Source: Batkoa obscura
Lineage: Eukaryota
DNA length: 64,000 nt
Assembly (NCBI GenBank): GCA_030770535.1
Contig: JASVEC010000003.1
Coordinates: 310,001 to 374,000 of the forward strand
Direction of reading: 5' to 3'
Shown: positions 51,458 to 64,000 of the stretch, piece by piece
Layout: each line of letters begins with the position of its first letter
Numbering within the stretch: position 1 is the stretch's first letter
Position numbers and translations under genes: made by a program
Notes under the pieces: model-generated
Seen by the model: only the letters and a program-made list of their open reading frames with translations
Told to the model about the DNA's origin: nothing
Databases searched by the model: none

Positions 51458-52435
51458 TTAATAAGCAGAACAATCTGGGGCTGAGTAGCCTTTACATTCA
51501 TCACCAGAAGCGAAAGCTTGAGTCCAGTAATCTCCAGCTCTACCAAACCCAAAGCATCCACAGTCCGAAACAAGATTATCATGATGACCAGGCGAGTTGA
51601 TCCAAGATTGCATTACCTGTTCTACAGTTTTCTGGCCTGCAGCACAATTTTCTGCACCTCCAGCTATTGGGAAGTTCTCTAATTTAAAGCGATCCGAAAA
51701 AGACTTAGTTTCAGGCGTGAACCCTTCATGAGTCATTTTCTTGTGCTCCAATTGAGCTTCAGAATGTTTTTGTGCTGCTGTCATTAAACGTGAGTCAAGT
51801 GCGATGTCCTTTTTCCCTTCACTACGCCTTAACTTATTTACTCTGCATATCATTTCAGTAATTTCATCTGTATAGCCACTATTACTAGGACCACTTGGTT
51901 TATCCTTCTCCTCCTCTTTATTTTCAGTAGGTTCTGGAGTGTATTTTTCTTCTTTATCCTTAGCATCTTTTGGGTATTTTTCTTCAACCTTAGATCTCTC
52001 TGAATATTTTTCCTTTACTTCAGCGCTACCAGGGTATTTTCCAGTATCTTTGGTACCACCTGGGTACTTTTCTTCAGCTTTTTTACCACCTGGGTATTTT
52101 TCAACGACCTTTTTACCAGCTGGATATTTTTTGTTACCTCCGAATAGCTTAGTATAGGCTCCCATATCCTTATCCGTGGGTTTACCATAGTCGTTCTTTT
52201 CTTTAATAGGATCGGGATGCTTCTCTTTATCATGTCTTCCTTTATATGGATTAGCATAGCTTCCAATCCCTTCTGATTTTTTCATTCCCTGGCGTCTGTT
52301 ATAATGAAACTCATAATTTGAATCAACATTTGAGTAAGAAGCAAGATGCTTATTCTCATGACCATATCTGGTAGGGTAAGCAATTACGTTAAATAATAAT
52401 GGACTTAATAAGATGGTACAATAGGGTAATTTCAT
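51458..52435 (-). CDS. Secreted CAP/SCP-domain protein with EKYP repeats
   Basis: Signal peptide; VNKLRR...LMTAAQKHS...GAENCAAGQ...VMQSWINSPGHHDNL...YWTQAF. Confidence 0.9.
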   Translation of the reverse strand: MKLPYCTILLSPLLFNVIAYPTRYGHENKHLASYSNVDSNYEFHYNRRQGMKKSEGIGSYANPYKGRHDKEKHPDPIKEKNDYGKPTDKDMGAYTKLFGGNKKYPAGKKVVEKYPGGKKAEEKYPGGTKDTGKYPGSAEVKEKYSERSKVEEKYPKDAKDKEEKYTPEPTENKEEEKDKPSGPSNSGYTDEITEMICRVNKLRRSEGKKDIALDSRLMTAAQKHSEAQLEHKKMTHEGFTPETKSFSDRFKLENFPIAGGAENCAAGQKTVEQVMQSWINSPGHHDNLVSDCGCFGFGRAGDYWTQAFASGDECKGYSAPDCSAY

Positions 52436-53261
52436 GGTAGTAATTTGATATTGTTCAACAATATGTTTTCTGATATGTTTTTTCGCTGAGTTTACCTTGT
52501 TTATATATCTTTTTTAGCCAGTAATCTACTTTTCTAATATGTTTTTTTCAAGTTTTAATCCCACTTCATTTATTTTAGTTTTCAATTATTTACTATGTAT
52601 AGTAATTAAATTGAGTGGCTTGAATTCGTTTTTAGTTTTTATCCCTTTAATTTATTATAGGGATTATTTAGTTTTAATGGAAATCTTTATTAAAACTTGA
52701 ATAAAATTTTATTCCTCAGGCTTATGTTCTATCTTTCATAGCCATATCTTCCTTTTATCATATACAAACGATATAGTATCAATATCATTTTTACATCTAC
52801 TTAAACTTGATAAAATTATTTAATTAAGTAGCATTTAATAGGTTATTGAAATATCTGATTTAAGTAGAATGAAATCTATGGAATATATTCAATCTATTAA
52901 ATAATGAATAATGATAACTTACGAAGTGTAATGTGCCCATCCTGTATCTAAAATTTACATAATGAGGATTTAATTCCAAAGTTCTTTGGTATATAGACCA
53001 AAATAAAATTACATTCAAATATAGCAACTATTTATTTTCACTGGTAATGGTTAAAAGGCTATACTGAGGATTGATAAGTATGTATGGGATAGAATTGAGC
53101 AATTTAAACAATAATTCAATATTTAAGTAAAAATGAAGGATTTAATTTGAAAACTAGCACCAATGATAAATCTAGAAACTTCGATCCATTTCATATAACC
53201 TATTCTTAAACTCAGGTATAAAAACAAAAAAATCAATTTTATACGATTTTAATTAAATAAA

Positions 53262-53722
53262 ATGGTAATACTAACACACACTTTAAAAGTGAACAATTTA
53301 CTAAAGTTTAATACTAGTCCCGTCAATTATCAAAGAAAGTTGTGCCTTTATTAGACCGTGTTTTAGTTCAACGTGTTAAAGCTGAAGAGGTAAATATATT
53401 ACTGAATTATAATAAAAAAATAATTAAGCAGAATTATAGAAAACTGCCTCTGGAATTTTCATTCCACAAAAAGCTCAAGAAACCTTAAATGAAGGCAATG
53501 TAATTGCCGTTGGACCAGGTCATCATAACAACGATGGAAATCTTATCCCAGTTTCTGTAAAGCCAGGAGATAGAGTTTTACTTCCTCCATATGGTGGTTC
53601 CAATGTTAAAATTGATAATGATGTAAGCTTAAGTATTTTTATCTATTCTATTATATGCTAACTCTTTTTAGGAATATCTTTTATTCAAAGATTCCGAAAT
53701 CTTAGCCAAGATTGAAAATTAA
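53262..53722 (+). CDS. HSP10: Mitochondrial co-chaperonin Hsp10, 4 exons
   Basis: ATG|intron 53265-53317|SRQLSKKVVPLLDRVLVQRVKAEE|KTASGIFIP...VIAVGPG...VKPGDRVLLPPYGG|EYLLFKDSEILAKIEN*. Confidence 0.95.
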
Positions 53723-54065
53723 AAGTACAGAACTAACATTAAATAAAAAGACAATATTTCACTAAATGGTTGTTTACAAGTTTATGAGTTTGAGATTAAA
53801 TAGTTATTGTTAATTAAATTAGAAACGAAATAAATACGAATATATTTAAATCTGATTTGAGTTATCGTAAAAATATATTTCATATAAAATTAAATAAATT
53901 CTATTAATAGTTGTATGCTACTAGCTATGTTATTTTCAAGATTATTTTTATTAATATATATTTACTATGTCTATTATACATTTTTAGAATTAAAATGATG
54001 ATGAAAATTTGCTAAAAATTAAAATTAAACTTCAAATAAACCGAAACTTTATTTTTTGATTAAAA

Positions 54066-54700
54066 ATGCCAAAATTATGTTGCATTGCAATAATAGGGAA
54101 ACAAGTAATACACAACAATCATAATAGATATCAAAACTTAATAAAAATTCAAGAACAACCCATTATATATTAAAAATTTTATACCGGAATATTATGACGA
54201 TATCAAGTTCCATTATTTAGCTCATACCTCTTGTGATTTATTTAATGATAAAGGTAAATTTAATATTTAATTTAATAAGAATTCTTAATTTTATTAGCTT
54301 TAGCAAATAATAAAGGACAAGGTCAATATTTTGGATTATTACATATTGTTGAAGAGTTTGTAGTGTAATAAATTATGATATAACATAAAGATATTATTAA
54401 ATCAATAAATTAGATATGGCTATATAACCAATAGTAAAATCAAGTTTATAGCGGTGCTTGAGTTAACGGATGACGTTATAAAGGATGTCGAAATGAAGAT
54501 GGTAAACACTATAATTTAAAGGTTAAACCAAGGCTGATATTTATTTCTAGTTATTTAAACAAATTCATGCAGCATATATAATATTGGTTTGTAACCCATT
54601 TTATTCGTTTCAAAATGACATTTCGAACCAAAATGGCCAGCTCATCGTTACAAAGCAGTTTACTAATTTGATTGAACAGATTGGACAAACAATGAATTAA
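54066..54700 (+). CDS. TRAPPC2L: TRAPP complex sedlin-like subunit, 5 exons
   Basis: CIAIIGKQ|NNPLYI...KFHYLAHTSCD...YFGLL...|YGYITNSKIKF...|LFKQIHAAYINLVCNPFY. Confidence 0.88.
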
Positions 54701-55395
54701 AATTTTAAATTATTTAATAACTAATATCTGTTAAAATAAATTCCAAATGTTTGCTTTTATTTTTATTATTATTTGTAATTTGAATATTTATTTAAATAGC
54801 TTCTGATAATTTTTTCTATTACTAATTCTATGCTAATATTCAACAGAATGTACAATCATCAAAGTACGTATAGGGTGTTTAGTTGAAAAATTAATATACT
54901 ATTGTAAGTTCCACAAGGTTATGTTTTAAGAGTTGAAAACTGAATCAGAATAAAAGCGCAGCTTTACACTTTACTAGGGAAAGAAACTAAAATAAAAATT
55001 ATATAATTTTTACTCATCCATCATGTAATAAGCTTTACTTTATATGTGTTAAATAAAAATATTTTATTTGTACAACTTTTAATGTCTTCATATATAACAT
55101 TTCTAGCATTTACTATGTTTATAATGATATTTCTTCCTCCTTTAACTGATTTGATACCAACCATAAATTAATGTTTTAATTGGTAGCTTTCAGGTAATAA
55201 AAAATTTAATTCGAAAATTTAAACTTGGACTTTTTTACAACTTTAGTATTTAAAGTAGATTCTTAAAGGTAATAATTAACTTAAATTCAGTTGTTTAATA
55301 TAAAAAAACTTAATACTTGGCATTTAGTATTTATACATATACTAATTTTAACAATTTTAGGAATTTTAAAAAAGTTTTTAATAAATTAAAAAATC

Positions 55396-56776
55396 ATGGG
55401 TAAATGACTAATTATTATAAAGCGAATGGCTTCTTAAATTCTATTATAGGCAAAAAAAAGGGAGGACAAAAAATGTCATTAAATGACTTCTTAAGCGCAG
55501 GAGGTAAAGACAATTCAAAAATGTCAAAAATAAATGTTTAAATTAATTTATAGGGCCTGAAGAGGCTCCTGGCTCCTGGGCAGATGAGATGATGGATCTT
55601 CCTACTGCTCGTAATCCTTATTTTTACTTAATATATAATCATGCTTATTTATAATTCTATAGCTGCCTCTGCCGCCACTGACAGTATAATTTATTCCAAC
55701 TCTTTAATTATAGTATTAAATTAATATTTTAAAAGGAGACTCATTACCAAGTGGTCCTCGTGGAGCTTCAAACCGTTTTAGCGGTAAATTAATTTCAAAT
55801 TTCAAATAACAAAAACTAAAATAAAACAGATCGTCCAAGAAAAGAGTATGAATCAGCTCCAAGAAATAGGCGCGAAGGCCCAGTAGAGTTACCAACAAGC
55901 GCACCTTACATTGCTTATGTTGCTAACTTATCTTACAGTTTAACTGAACAAGATTTAAGAGATTTTTTCGCTGATTCAAAAGTAAAAAGAGCGCTATTAA
56001 TCATTTAGTAAATTAACTATTTTAAAGGTATTAAGTGTACGCATTCCTATCAATCATGAAAATCAAAAACCACGTGGTTTCGCTTATGTTGAATTTGAAG
56101 ATGTAGAATCATTATCCAAAGCTATTGATCTAACCGATAAAGTAATATATAACAATGATAATAACAGCAATAATATAACAATAAATAGGAATTACACGGA
56201 CGTTCTGTTTTTATTAATGTAGCCGAACGTAAGACAATTGAGCTATTATCAAATAATATTTAATTAAGCATAATAAAATAGAAAAAGAAAGAGGACCAAG
56301 TGAAAGAAATGACCCATGGAGACGTGATAATCCAGTTGTAACTGAAGCTCCTAAAGCATCTGAAACTGCCAACTTCTGGCGTAGAGATGGACCAGCTGAG
56401 TCATCTTCACCAAAAAATTCAGGATTTAGTAATCGCCGATTTGAACCACGCGAAAACTCAGATCGTCGATTTGAACCTCGTGAACGTGAACCTCGTGCTG
56501 CCCCATCTTCTTTTGCTGATGGCGTCTCTGACTGGCGTAGTGGAGGCTCAGGTAACCAAATTTAAGTTTAGATGATTGTAATTAATGTATATATATTAGC
56601 TAACAAGACTAATGTTTTCTCCAATAATCGTAGTTCACAACCAAAAGGAGGTAAGTTTAATAAAGTATTGTTATACACTATTAATAAAAAAAATAGATGA
56701 TAATAGGTTTGGGTCATCTAGTGGAGGAGTACGTAAAAAATTAGAACTTCTTCCAAGAAGTAAACCAAGTGAATAA
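55396..56776 (+). CDS. eIF4B/eIF4H-like RRM translation initiation factor, many small exons
   Basis: KMSLNDFL, GSWADE, LPTSAPYIAYVANLSY (RNP2), PRGFAYVEF (RNP1), C-terminal RKKLELLPRS. Confidence 0.85.
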
Positions 56777-57000
56777 TAGAATTTGATTGGTATTATTTTA
56801 ATGCATTATTTATTTTTGAACCCTATTAAAATATGATATATAATGCCACTATTCATGTTTTACTATTTATGTTTTACTATTTATGTTTTATTATTTATAC
56901 TTTACTATTTATTTAATATGCTTATATCTTAATTTTAAAATAGATCGGTTAAATACGGTTAGAAAACAATTTTATTAGATTAAGATAATAAACATCAACC

Positions 57001-58504
57001 TTATTCTATCTTTATATTATTAGAATCATATTCACTATTATTATTAGTATTACTCCTACTAAGTAAACTTATAAGTTGACTAATTTGTTGAGAATTATCT
57101 AAACAAATATTTTGTAATTGTTGAATTTCATTGTGAAGTTTATCTTGATTCAATAATAAAGATTGTATTTGATTAGTAATAATTTCCATTTCTTTATCCA
57201 TATTTTTAGTAGAATTAATCACTTGACCATCGCTATTAACATGTAATTCTCCAGCTAACTCAATTTCAATATCTTCTACCATTTCCGTTAAACTTTGATT
57301 TGGTTGTTCTTGAGAAAATTGTAGCATATCAATTTTTCTTCTTTTTAATACATCCCAAACTACGGTAAAATTTCGACCAACAATAACAGAAGGTAAGGCA
57401 ATTAACAAAATACCTAACATCATCAATGGAAATGCAATGACTTTACCTAAAAAGGTAGATGGTACAATATCCCCATAACCAGTAGTTGTAATGGTCACAA
57501 CAACAAACCAGAATGCTGCTGGTATAGAATCAAAGGCACTAGGTACCCCATGGGAAGTTAAAAAGGTTTTACGTTCATCACTCCATGACCCTCTTTCCGC
57601 AAAATATAAAAAGGTAGAAAATAGTACAATGGTAATCAACATAAAAAATAATAATGCAGCTAATGCATCCACGGATTTTTTAACGGCTATTAACATTACT
57701 TCGATACTTAATTGAAGTAAATTGGAGTATTTATATGCTCTGAATAAACGAAATAAACGAAATACTCGTAATATAGTAAATCGAAACTCAACAGAAGTAT
57801 CTTGTGAAATTAATAACATAACATAATAAGGTATAATAGAGAAAAAATCTAAAATGGTTAATGGGGATATAAGGAATTCTAAGAGTTGTTTGGTTGTATG
57901 TGAATGAGCTACTACTCTTAAAGCTAGTTCTATAGTGAATAATAACATCACTAATAATTCTAAAACAAACCTAAATAATATTAGAAACATTTACATTACT
58001 AAATAAAAAGGTATAACTTACCAGATAGACCATTTTAGTTCTCTAATCGAAGGAATAGTTTCAATTGTCGTTAATAAAACAGAAAAGATAATGAGGGCAG
58101 CCAGTGATAAATTAAAAATTAAAGCTAAATTACTTGAAGATGGGTCTTCCATAATTAGATATAAGTCTCTTTTCCATGTATTCTACTTTTTTGGTTATTT
58201 TTAATTATGTTTGATCATAAAAATTTACCGTTGATAAGTGGGAATGGGTATGATGATAACCAAAATTACCATCTTCCATTTCAGCTACAATTTCATTTTC
58301 TTCCTCTATATCTATCACTCGATTGTTTTTATTAGGTGATGTACGAAGCGTATTTTCAAGCTTTGATGCAGATAAATTAGAATATATTTTCGGTCTATTT
58401 GAACTTGGTGATTGCGGGTTGGAAGGTACATCAAATTGACTCATTGCAATACTTGTATCATCTTCTGCTAAATAATTATAGCCATTTGTTTTTTTTGCTG
58501 ACAT
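57001..58504 (-). CDS. Voltage-gated potassium channel (6TM, Kv-like), 3 exons
   Basis: ATG 58504; exon 2 from 58182 with MEDPSSS; S4 LRVFRLFRLFRAYK; pore SIPAAFW...TTTGYGD; S6 IALPS; C-terminal coiled coil. Confidence 0.92.
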
Positions 58505-59065
58505 GGAGCGTGACTTATTTTTTTTATATAGAATCAATGTGACGTTTTTTGTTAGTGGAATATGGTGGATTGTATAAAAGGTTAACTTTTTTTATGGTTT
58601 TCCAAAGGATTTGGTTTCACTTTTTCATCAAATATAGCATTGATTTAGGGGAATTTTTGGACCAATGGAGTTTTAAAAAGTTAAATGGATTAAGTAAGCC
58701 AAAGAATTATTGTTATCTATTTATAGCTTTAAAAAAGTATTTATAAACTTCAATATAATAATAATAGAAATAAAAAAGGTAATATCATATATTAAAAAAG
58801 TATTTATTAAATTCAAATAAATTTTATTTATTAAAATAAATGAAAATACATTATTATAGCTAATAATTTGTTGAATTTTATATAGTCATCATGCTATAAT
58901 TACTGTCTACGAAAACTAATACACAATTTAATTTTTAACAAATCAAATGGAACTTCATAGCAAAAAAATGGAATTCGATTTATGGGAATTAATAACAATT
59001 AGCTTAAATAAGCAAAAAATATCAAAATAATACTTTAAATTGAATCACCGATTTAATATTACAAG

Positions 59066-60506
59066 ATGAATAACAATGAACTTGAAACCAAAAAAGTAAG
59101 TAATGATAGATGAACACATAGGAATTGATATTTAATGAATGAAACAGCAGGATCAAGAGAGACAGAGAGATGCTACTTATTTCCATTATTATTCTTTATT
59201 AACGCATCAGGTAATTAAAAAATCAATCTATGAATTAATAAATTAATCAAACAAATAAAATAGCAAAATATGTTACAAGATATGGTACGTACCTCCACTT
59301 ATCAAAAAGCAATTTTACAAAATCCACAAATTTATTTAAATAAAACAGTAATGGACGTAGGAGCAGGTAACTTTTGCAAATCAACGTGTAAATTTTCAAT
59401 TTATTAAATTCAATAATCAATTGTTAGGTTCAGGTATCTTATCTTATTTTGCCGTAAAAGCAGGAGCTAAAGTTATTGCTGTTGAAGCTAGTAATATGGC
59501 ATTAAAATTACAAAAGATGATTTATAGTGCTAGTCAACAACATGGAATTGAAGCTAAAAATAACTGGTTAGATGGTAATATTAAAGTTATTAATAGTAAA
59601 ATCGAAGAAGTAGAATTACCTCCAAATTGTATTGATACAATTATTTCTGAGCCTATTGGTGTATTTATTGTACACGAAAGAATGGTAAATACGATTTAAT
59701 AATAATAGCTAAAGTAATAATTTATTATATATTTTAATTATAGGTTGAATCCTTTTTATATGCTAGAGGTAAACTAACAAATAAAACAGTTATTTTATTT
59801 AATATTTAATTAAATATTAGATAATTTTTTAAAGCCTGGTGGTACAATGGTACCTTCCCAAGCTTCCCTTTATTTAGCGCCATTTACAGATACGAATTTA
59901 TGGGGTGATACTAAACTAAAAACAAGATTTTGGGAACAAAATGATTTTTACGGAGTAGATTTAACACCTTTAAAACAAGATGCAGTTGATGAACAATTTT
60001 CAATGCCAGTAATAGGATATTTTGATCCCCAATGTTTATTATTATTACCCATGGAAGGTTATCCGATGGATTTTACTACAATTACAATGGAGCAATTAAA
60101 ACAATTTGAAATACCTATTCATTGGAAATTTGAATATACTGGTATTATTCATGGCATTGCTTCTTGGTTTGATTTACATTTTAATGTTGAAAATGGTAAT
60201 AATTTTACAATGAGTACTTCACCACATAGTGAACGTACTCATTGGCAACAATTAAGATTATTATTAAAAGAACCAATTGCAGTAAATATAGGTCAATCCT
60301 TACAAGGTAGTTTAAAGTTTGAAGTGAATAATATGAGAAGTTATAATATTGAAGCCAATATTACTTTATATTCAAAAGACAATATGCCAATCTTGAAACA
60401 TCAATTTATTTGGTATTTACATGAACAAACTTATAATTATAATTATCTTGGACCTAGCTTAGAATTGAAACCAGAACAATTAGGATTTTATGAGTCAAAT
60501 AATTAA
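59066..60506 (+). CDS. Type I protein arginine methyltransferase, CARM1/PRMT4-like, multi-exon
   Basis: [48 protein letters not shown]...HERM|VES, THWQQ. Confidence 0.88.
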
Positions 60507-60837
60507 TAATATTGTTTTATTTTTATTTTATAAAAGATTTTAAATTTGCGATACTATTTTATCATATATTTTATAGAACTATATAACTTTAAAATAAAAT
60601 AAAATTATATAGATTATTTCATTATTTATATTTTTTTGATTTTTTTAGTTGTTCTAATTTACCTTTTTTTTATTCAAATTCATTACTTTTTAAAAAATTA
60701 ACTTAATTTAGTAATCTAAATTTGAATTGGGATTGGTAGATATTTATCCCATAATAAGTTGAGTTAATTAAATAGAAAATTATTTTCAATAGTCAATAGT
60801 AAAATCATTATTTTTTGCTAACAAAAATATAATTAAG

Positions 60838-61677
60838 ATGGGAAAAGTCAAGAAAGAAAAAACAATTAAAAAGAAAGAAAAGAAAACTAAAGAAGGAAAG
60901 GAAAAGGTCATAGTTGTAAAGAAAGAACCATTAACTGGGGAATTTTTCAATATTAAAATTAAATGTTATCTTTCTTTATCCCCTCAATATTCAAATGATA
61001 TTTCGGTTGGTATTAATGAATTTTTAAATACTTTTATCTTAAAGTAAGTTTCTATATATTTGAATCAACATTAAAGATTCCTATGGAAATTTATTATTAT
61101 AGTAATAAGAATTAATTTTATTTATTAGATATATGAGTCAATTAGATGGTATTATACTAGCACATTCGGATACAAAATTGGTCGAAACTAAAGGAAAAAT
61201 TCATTATGATTTACCATTTATTAATTTTTGGATAACTACTAAGTTATTAGTATGGCGACCCAAACAAGGAAGTAAATTAGGTAAATTTTTAAATAATTTT
61301 GAAAATTCAATTCAATTCAATTCAAAACTAATTTATTAATTTTTGCTTTACATAGTGGGTACAATAACCATGCAATCAGCTGATCATATTGGATTAATAT
61401 TACATAATACTTTTAACGCTTCGATTCCAGCTTCAGAAATACCAAAAGATTTGTATCTTTGGAAAACTCAAACTGGAGATTATTCAAGTGGAGAATGGGT
61501 AGAAGTTAGTAATAATAAACCACTTTCCGCTAAGAAAAGTATTGAGTTTTATGTTAAAGAGTAAGGACATTTAAAAATTTAATTTAATATTGTGTTTAAT
61601 ATTGCTTTTTTAGATTACAAACAACTAATGAAGTACTTACCGTTAATGGTTCCCTTTTAAAACCGGATAAATTATAG
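60838..61677 (+). CDS. RPA43: RNA polymerase I subunit A43, 4 exons
   Basis: YLSLSPQY, LDGIILAH, PFINFWI...LVWRPKQG, QSADHIGLILHNTFNASIP. Confidence 0.88.
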
Positions 61678-62282
61678 ATTTTTATATATTATTTATTCTG
61701 TTTTTTTTTATAGATGATTATTTTACTTTAATAAAAAAAATATGTATAATTTAATGAGTATTATTGACAGTCTTAATTTTAGATGGATCTTTATATTCTT
61801 CATACTTTACCTTATTTAAAATTAAACATACAATTAAATACAAAAAATAAGTTCTTTTAAAAAATTTCAAAAGTTAAAACAAATCAAAATAAACAAGCTG
61901 ACTTTTAGCATCATTAAGGTTTTTAAACTCACCTATATCGTGTATTGTTATGAATTGGAGTCATTAAGGCAAATATTAGTAAAATTATTATACTAATACT
62001 AATCCAAAGTAGTAATAGTTATTCAGCTTATAAAGCTATAAATGGCTAATTATAATGTAGAGAAAGAAATCATCTATTGTTTAATAATACAATAACTTTC
62101 AATCATTACTTTATGATCGATTCAACACTTAGTAAATATTGAAATTCGATATACAAATTAACTATTTTAAACTGTATGACTAAGTTTAAAACAAAAGTTA
62201 CAATTGGACTTATTTACTATAGTGTTCTAATTGTTTCATGCAAAAAGTGTCTTTTATTTCGAATTAGAAATCCAATTTAACT

Positions 62283-62539
62283 TTTGAATATTAAGACTTA
62301 ATTCACAGAAAATAAAATTGCTTCAAATTCCAAAATTTAATGAAATTGGATTAACCAATAAAAAGAAGCTTGACGTTTGAATTCTAACACCTTGAATTTT
62401 GAATTGAAATTTTGAATACGCGTTTTCAATCTTAGCGTTTAATTGGCTAATTTCGATTCTAAAATTGAAGTATTTCAATCTCAATCTCAATTTGAATTTT
62501 AATTTGATAGTGATTGAACGTTCAAAAAAAGTATAAAAA
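62283..62539 (+). promoter_or_regulatory. Histone H2A promoter
   Basis: TATAAAAA 62532; CCAAT/ATTGG near 62346, 62356 and 62442; ACGCGT 62418-62423; seven TTTGAA/TTCAAA hexamers. Confidence 0.5.
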
Positions 62540-62618
62540 AGCCAACAATTGACTGATATCAATTATTTTTAAAAATCTACATCAACTTAACTTTTAACTA
62601 ACAAACTTAAACTACAAA

Positions 62619-63017
62619 ATGTCAGGAAAAGGAAAAGCATCACAAACTGCCGAAGTAACTGGACGTTCTCGTTCTGCTAAAGCTGGATTACAATTTCCAG
62701 TTGGTCGTCTCCATCGTCATTTAAAAAATGGTAACTATGCTCAACGTATTGCTGCTGGTGCCCCTGTTTACCTTGCTTCTGTGTTAGAATATTTAACTGC
62801 TGAAATTCTTGAATTAGCTGGTAATGCTTGCAGAGATAATAAAAAAACTCGTATTACCCCTCGTCATCTTCAACTTGCCATTCGTAATGATGAAGAATTA
62901 AATAAATTACTTGGCCATGTTACTATTGCCCAAGGTGGTGTATTACCAAATATCCATGGTGTCCTCCTTCCAGGTACTAAAAAAGGAAAGAAAGATGAAT
63001 CTTCCCAAGATATTTAA
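62619..63017 (+). CDS. H2A: Histone H2A with C-terminal SQDI (H2A.X-type phosphorylation motif)
   Basis: [14 protein letters not shown]...[15 protein letters not shown]...[16 protein letters not shown]; intronless. Confidence 0.98.
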   Translation: MSGKGKASQTAEVTGRSRSAKAGLQFPVGRLHRHLKNGNYAQRIAAGAPVYLASVLEYLTAEILELAGNACRDNKKTRITPRHLQLAIRNDEELNKLLGHVTIAQGGVLPNIHGVLLPGTKKGKKDESSQDI

Positions 63018-63663
63018 ATTTATAAAGGCTATATTGTATATTTATTAGCAGAATTAAAATTTGATATTATTTAAAATAAAATTAAGATAAAACGAATGAA
63101 GATATTTTTGATATTTTTAATATTTTATTAAGAGCTATTATAAATATAATGAGTGACACTTATAAATCCATTACATGTTAAGATAGATTAAACAGTTAAA
63201 ACAGTTTGTAACTTAATTAAATAGGGTGGCTTTTACTATTGTATTGAAGTTATTTTAGAATTAATTGAATAGTAACTGGAGTAAACGCTATGCAATAGAA
63301 CCTAAATTCCTTGCTTTAATGATACTAATTATCTCTAAATTAACCTTTTCAGTCTGATTATCTCACATTAATAATTGTTTAAGAATACTAAGTCCAAGTT
63401 ATATAAAGGAAAAGAGAAGATGGACGATATAGATGAGTTTTAAAAAATTAGAATTCAAATATAAGCATGAATATAAAAGTTAGGTTTGTAATTTTTAGTA
63501 CTGTTCCTTTTTTATAGGAATTCAATTGGAAAATTTCAAATATTACAACATCAAAATAAGCTAATTTTTTAAATCGTTACCCAATCACAAGACCTTAGTT
63601 AAGTTTGGATTTCAAATAAAATAAATAATGTAATAAGTGCTCCACTTTTATCACATTAATTAG

Positions 63664-64000
63664 AATGAAGCAAAAGAATCAATTAATACATTGGTATTCG
63701 ATCCAAAATGGACTTAAAGATATTAGAAATTTGAATAGTTTGGAATTGATTGTGAAAAGTAAGTAATTTAAATTATTTTTTTTAATTGAAATAATATCAA
63801 GGAAATCAAGCATTGTAAAAAGAAAAAATCTTACAATCAACTAACATTTTATTAGAAGATCAAGTTATTGTGATTAAGGAATATGATCGAATTTGCTTAT
63901 TAGTTAATAAAAATGAAAAGGTTACATTAAGATTTGAAATGGAAATAATAGGGATGAAAGTTGATGAACAGAATCTTGGGTTATGGATTTATTTGGGAAA
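63664..64000 (+). CDS. Probable partial spliced gene running off the window end
   Basis: Open frame MKQKNQLIHWY...LIVK ends at a GTAAGT donor. After CTAAC...TTAG an open frame DQVIVIKEYDRICL...LWIYLG runs to the end. Confidence 0.35.

Overview
Very AT-rich eukaryotic DNA with short (~45-60 nt) GT-AG introns, most consistent with an early-diverging fungus (Entomophthorales/Conidiobolus-like; inferred from gene content and style only). The window alternates between compact, mostly intron-containing housekeeping blocks and repeat-rich blocks of intronless genes. Housekeeping genes: Mn-type CDF transporter, BCAS3-like, COX6/COX5A, ARG7, Hsp10, TRAPPC2L, eIF4B-like, Kv channel, CARM1-like PRMT, RPA43, H2A. 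The standout is a 12-member family (9 intact, 3 broken) of intronless ~200-280 aa proteins at 2-19.3 kb and 45-48.6 kb. Each has a beta-rich core ending in a hydrophobic helix (Tubby-C/LURP-one/scramblase-like by inference), and many carry an N-terminal PPxY/LPxY motif. Also present: an IS630/Tc1-like transposase split at an A8G run; a ~98-bp MITE family at AWWT target sites, with one copy nested in another; several L1-like LINE 3' remnants; an inverted pair of animal-type UGT genes sharing a 1161-bp near-identical tract; a poly-Asn GH35-like probable pseudo-enzyme; and secreted subtilisin, CAP and lysozyme-like genes. All calls are by eye, with no database searches.
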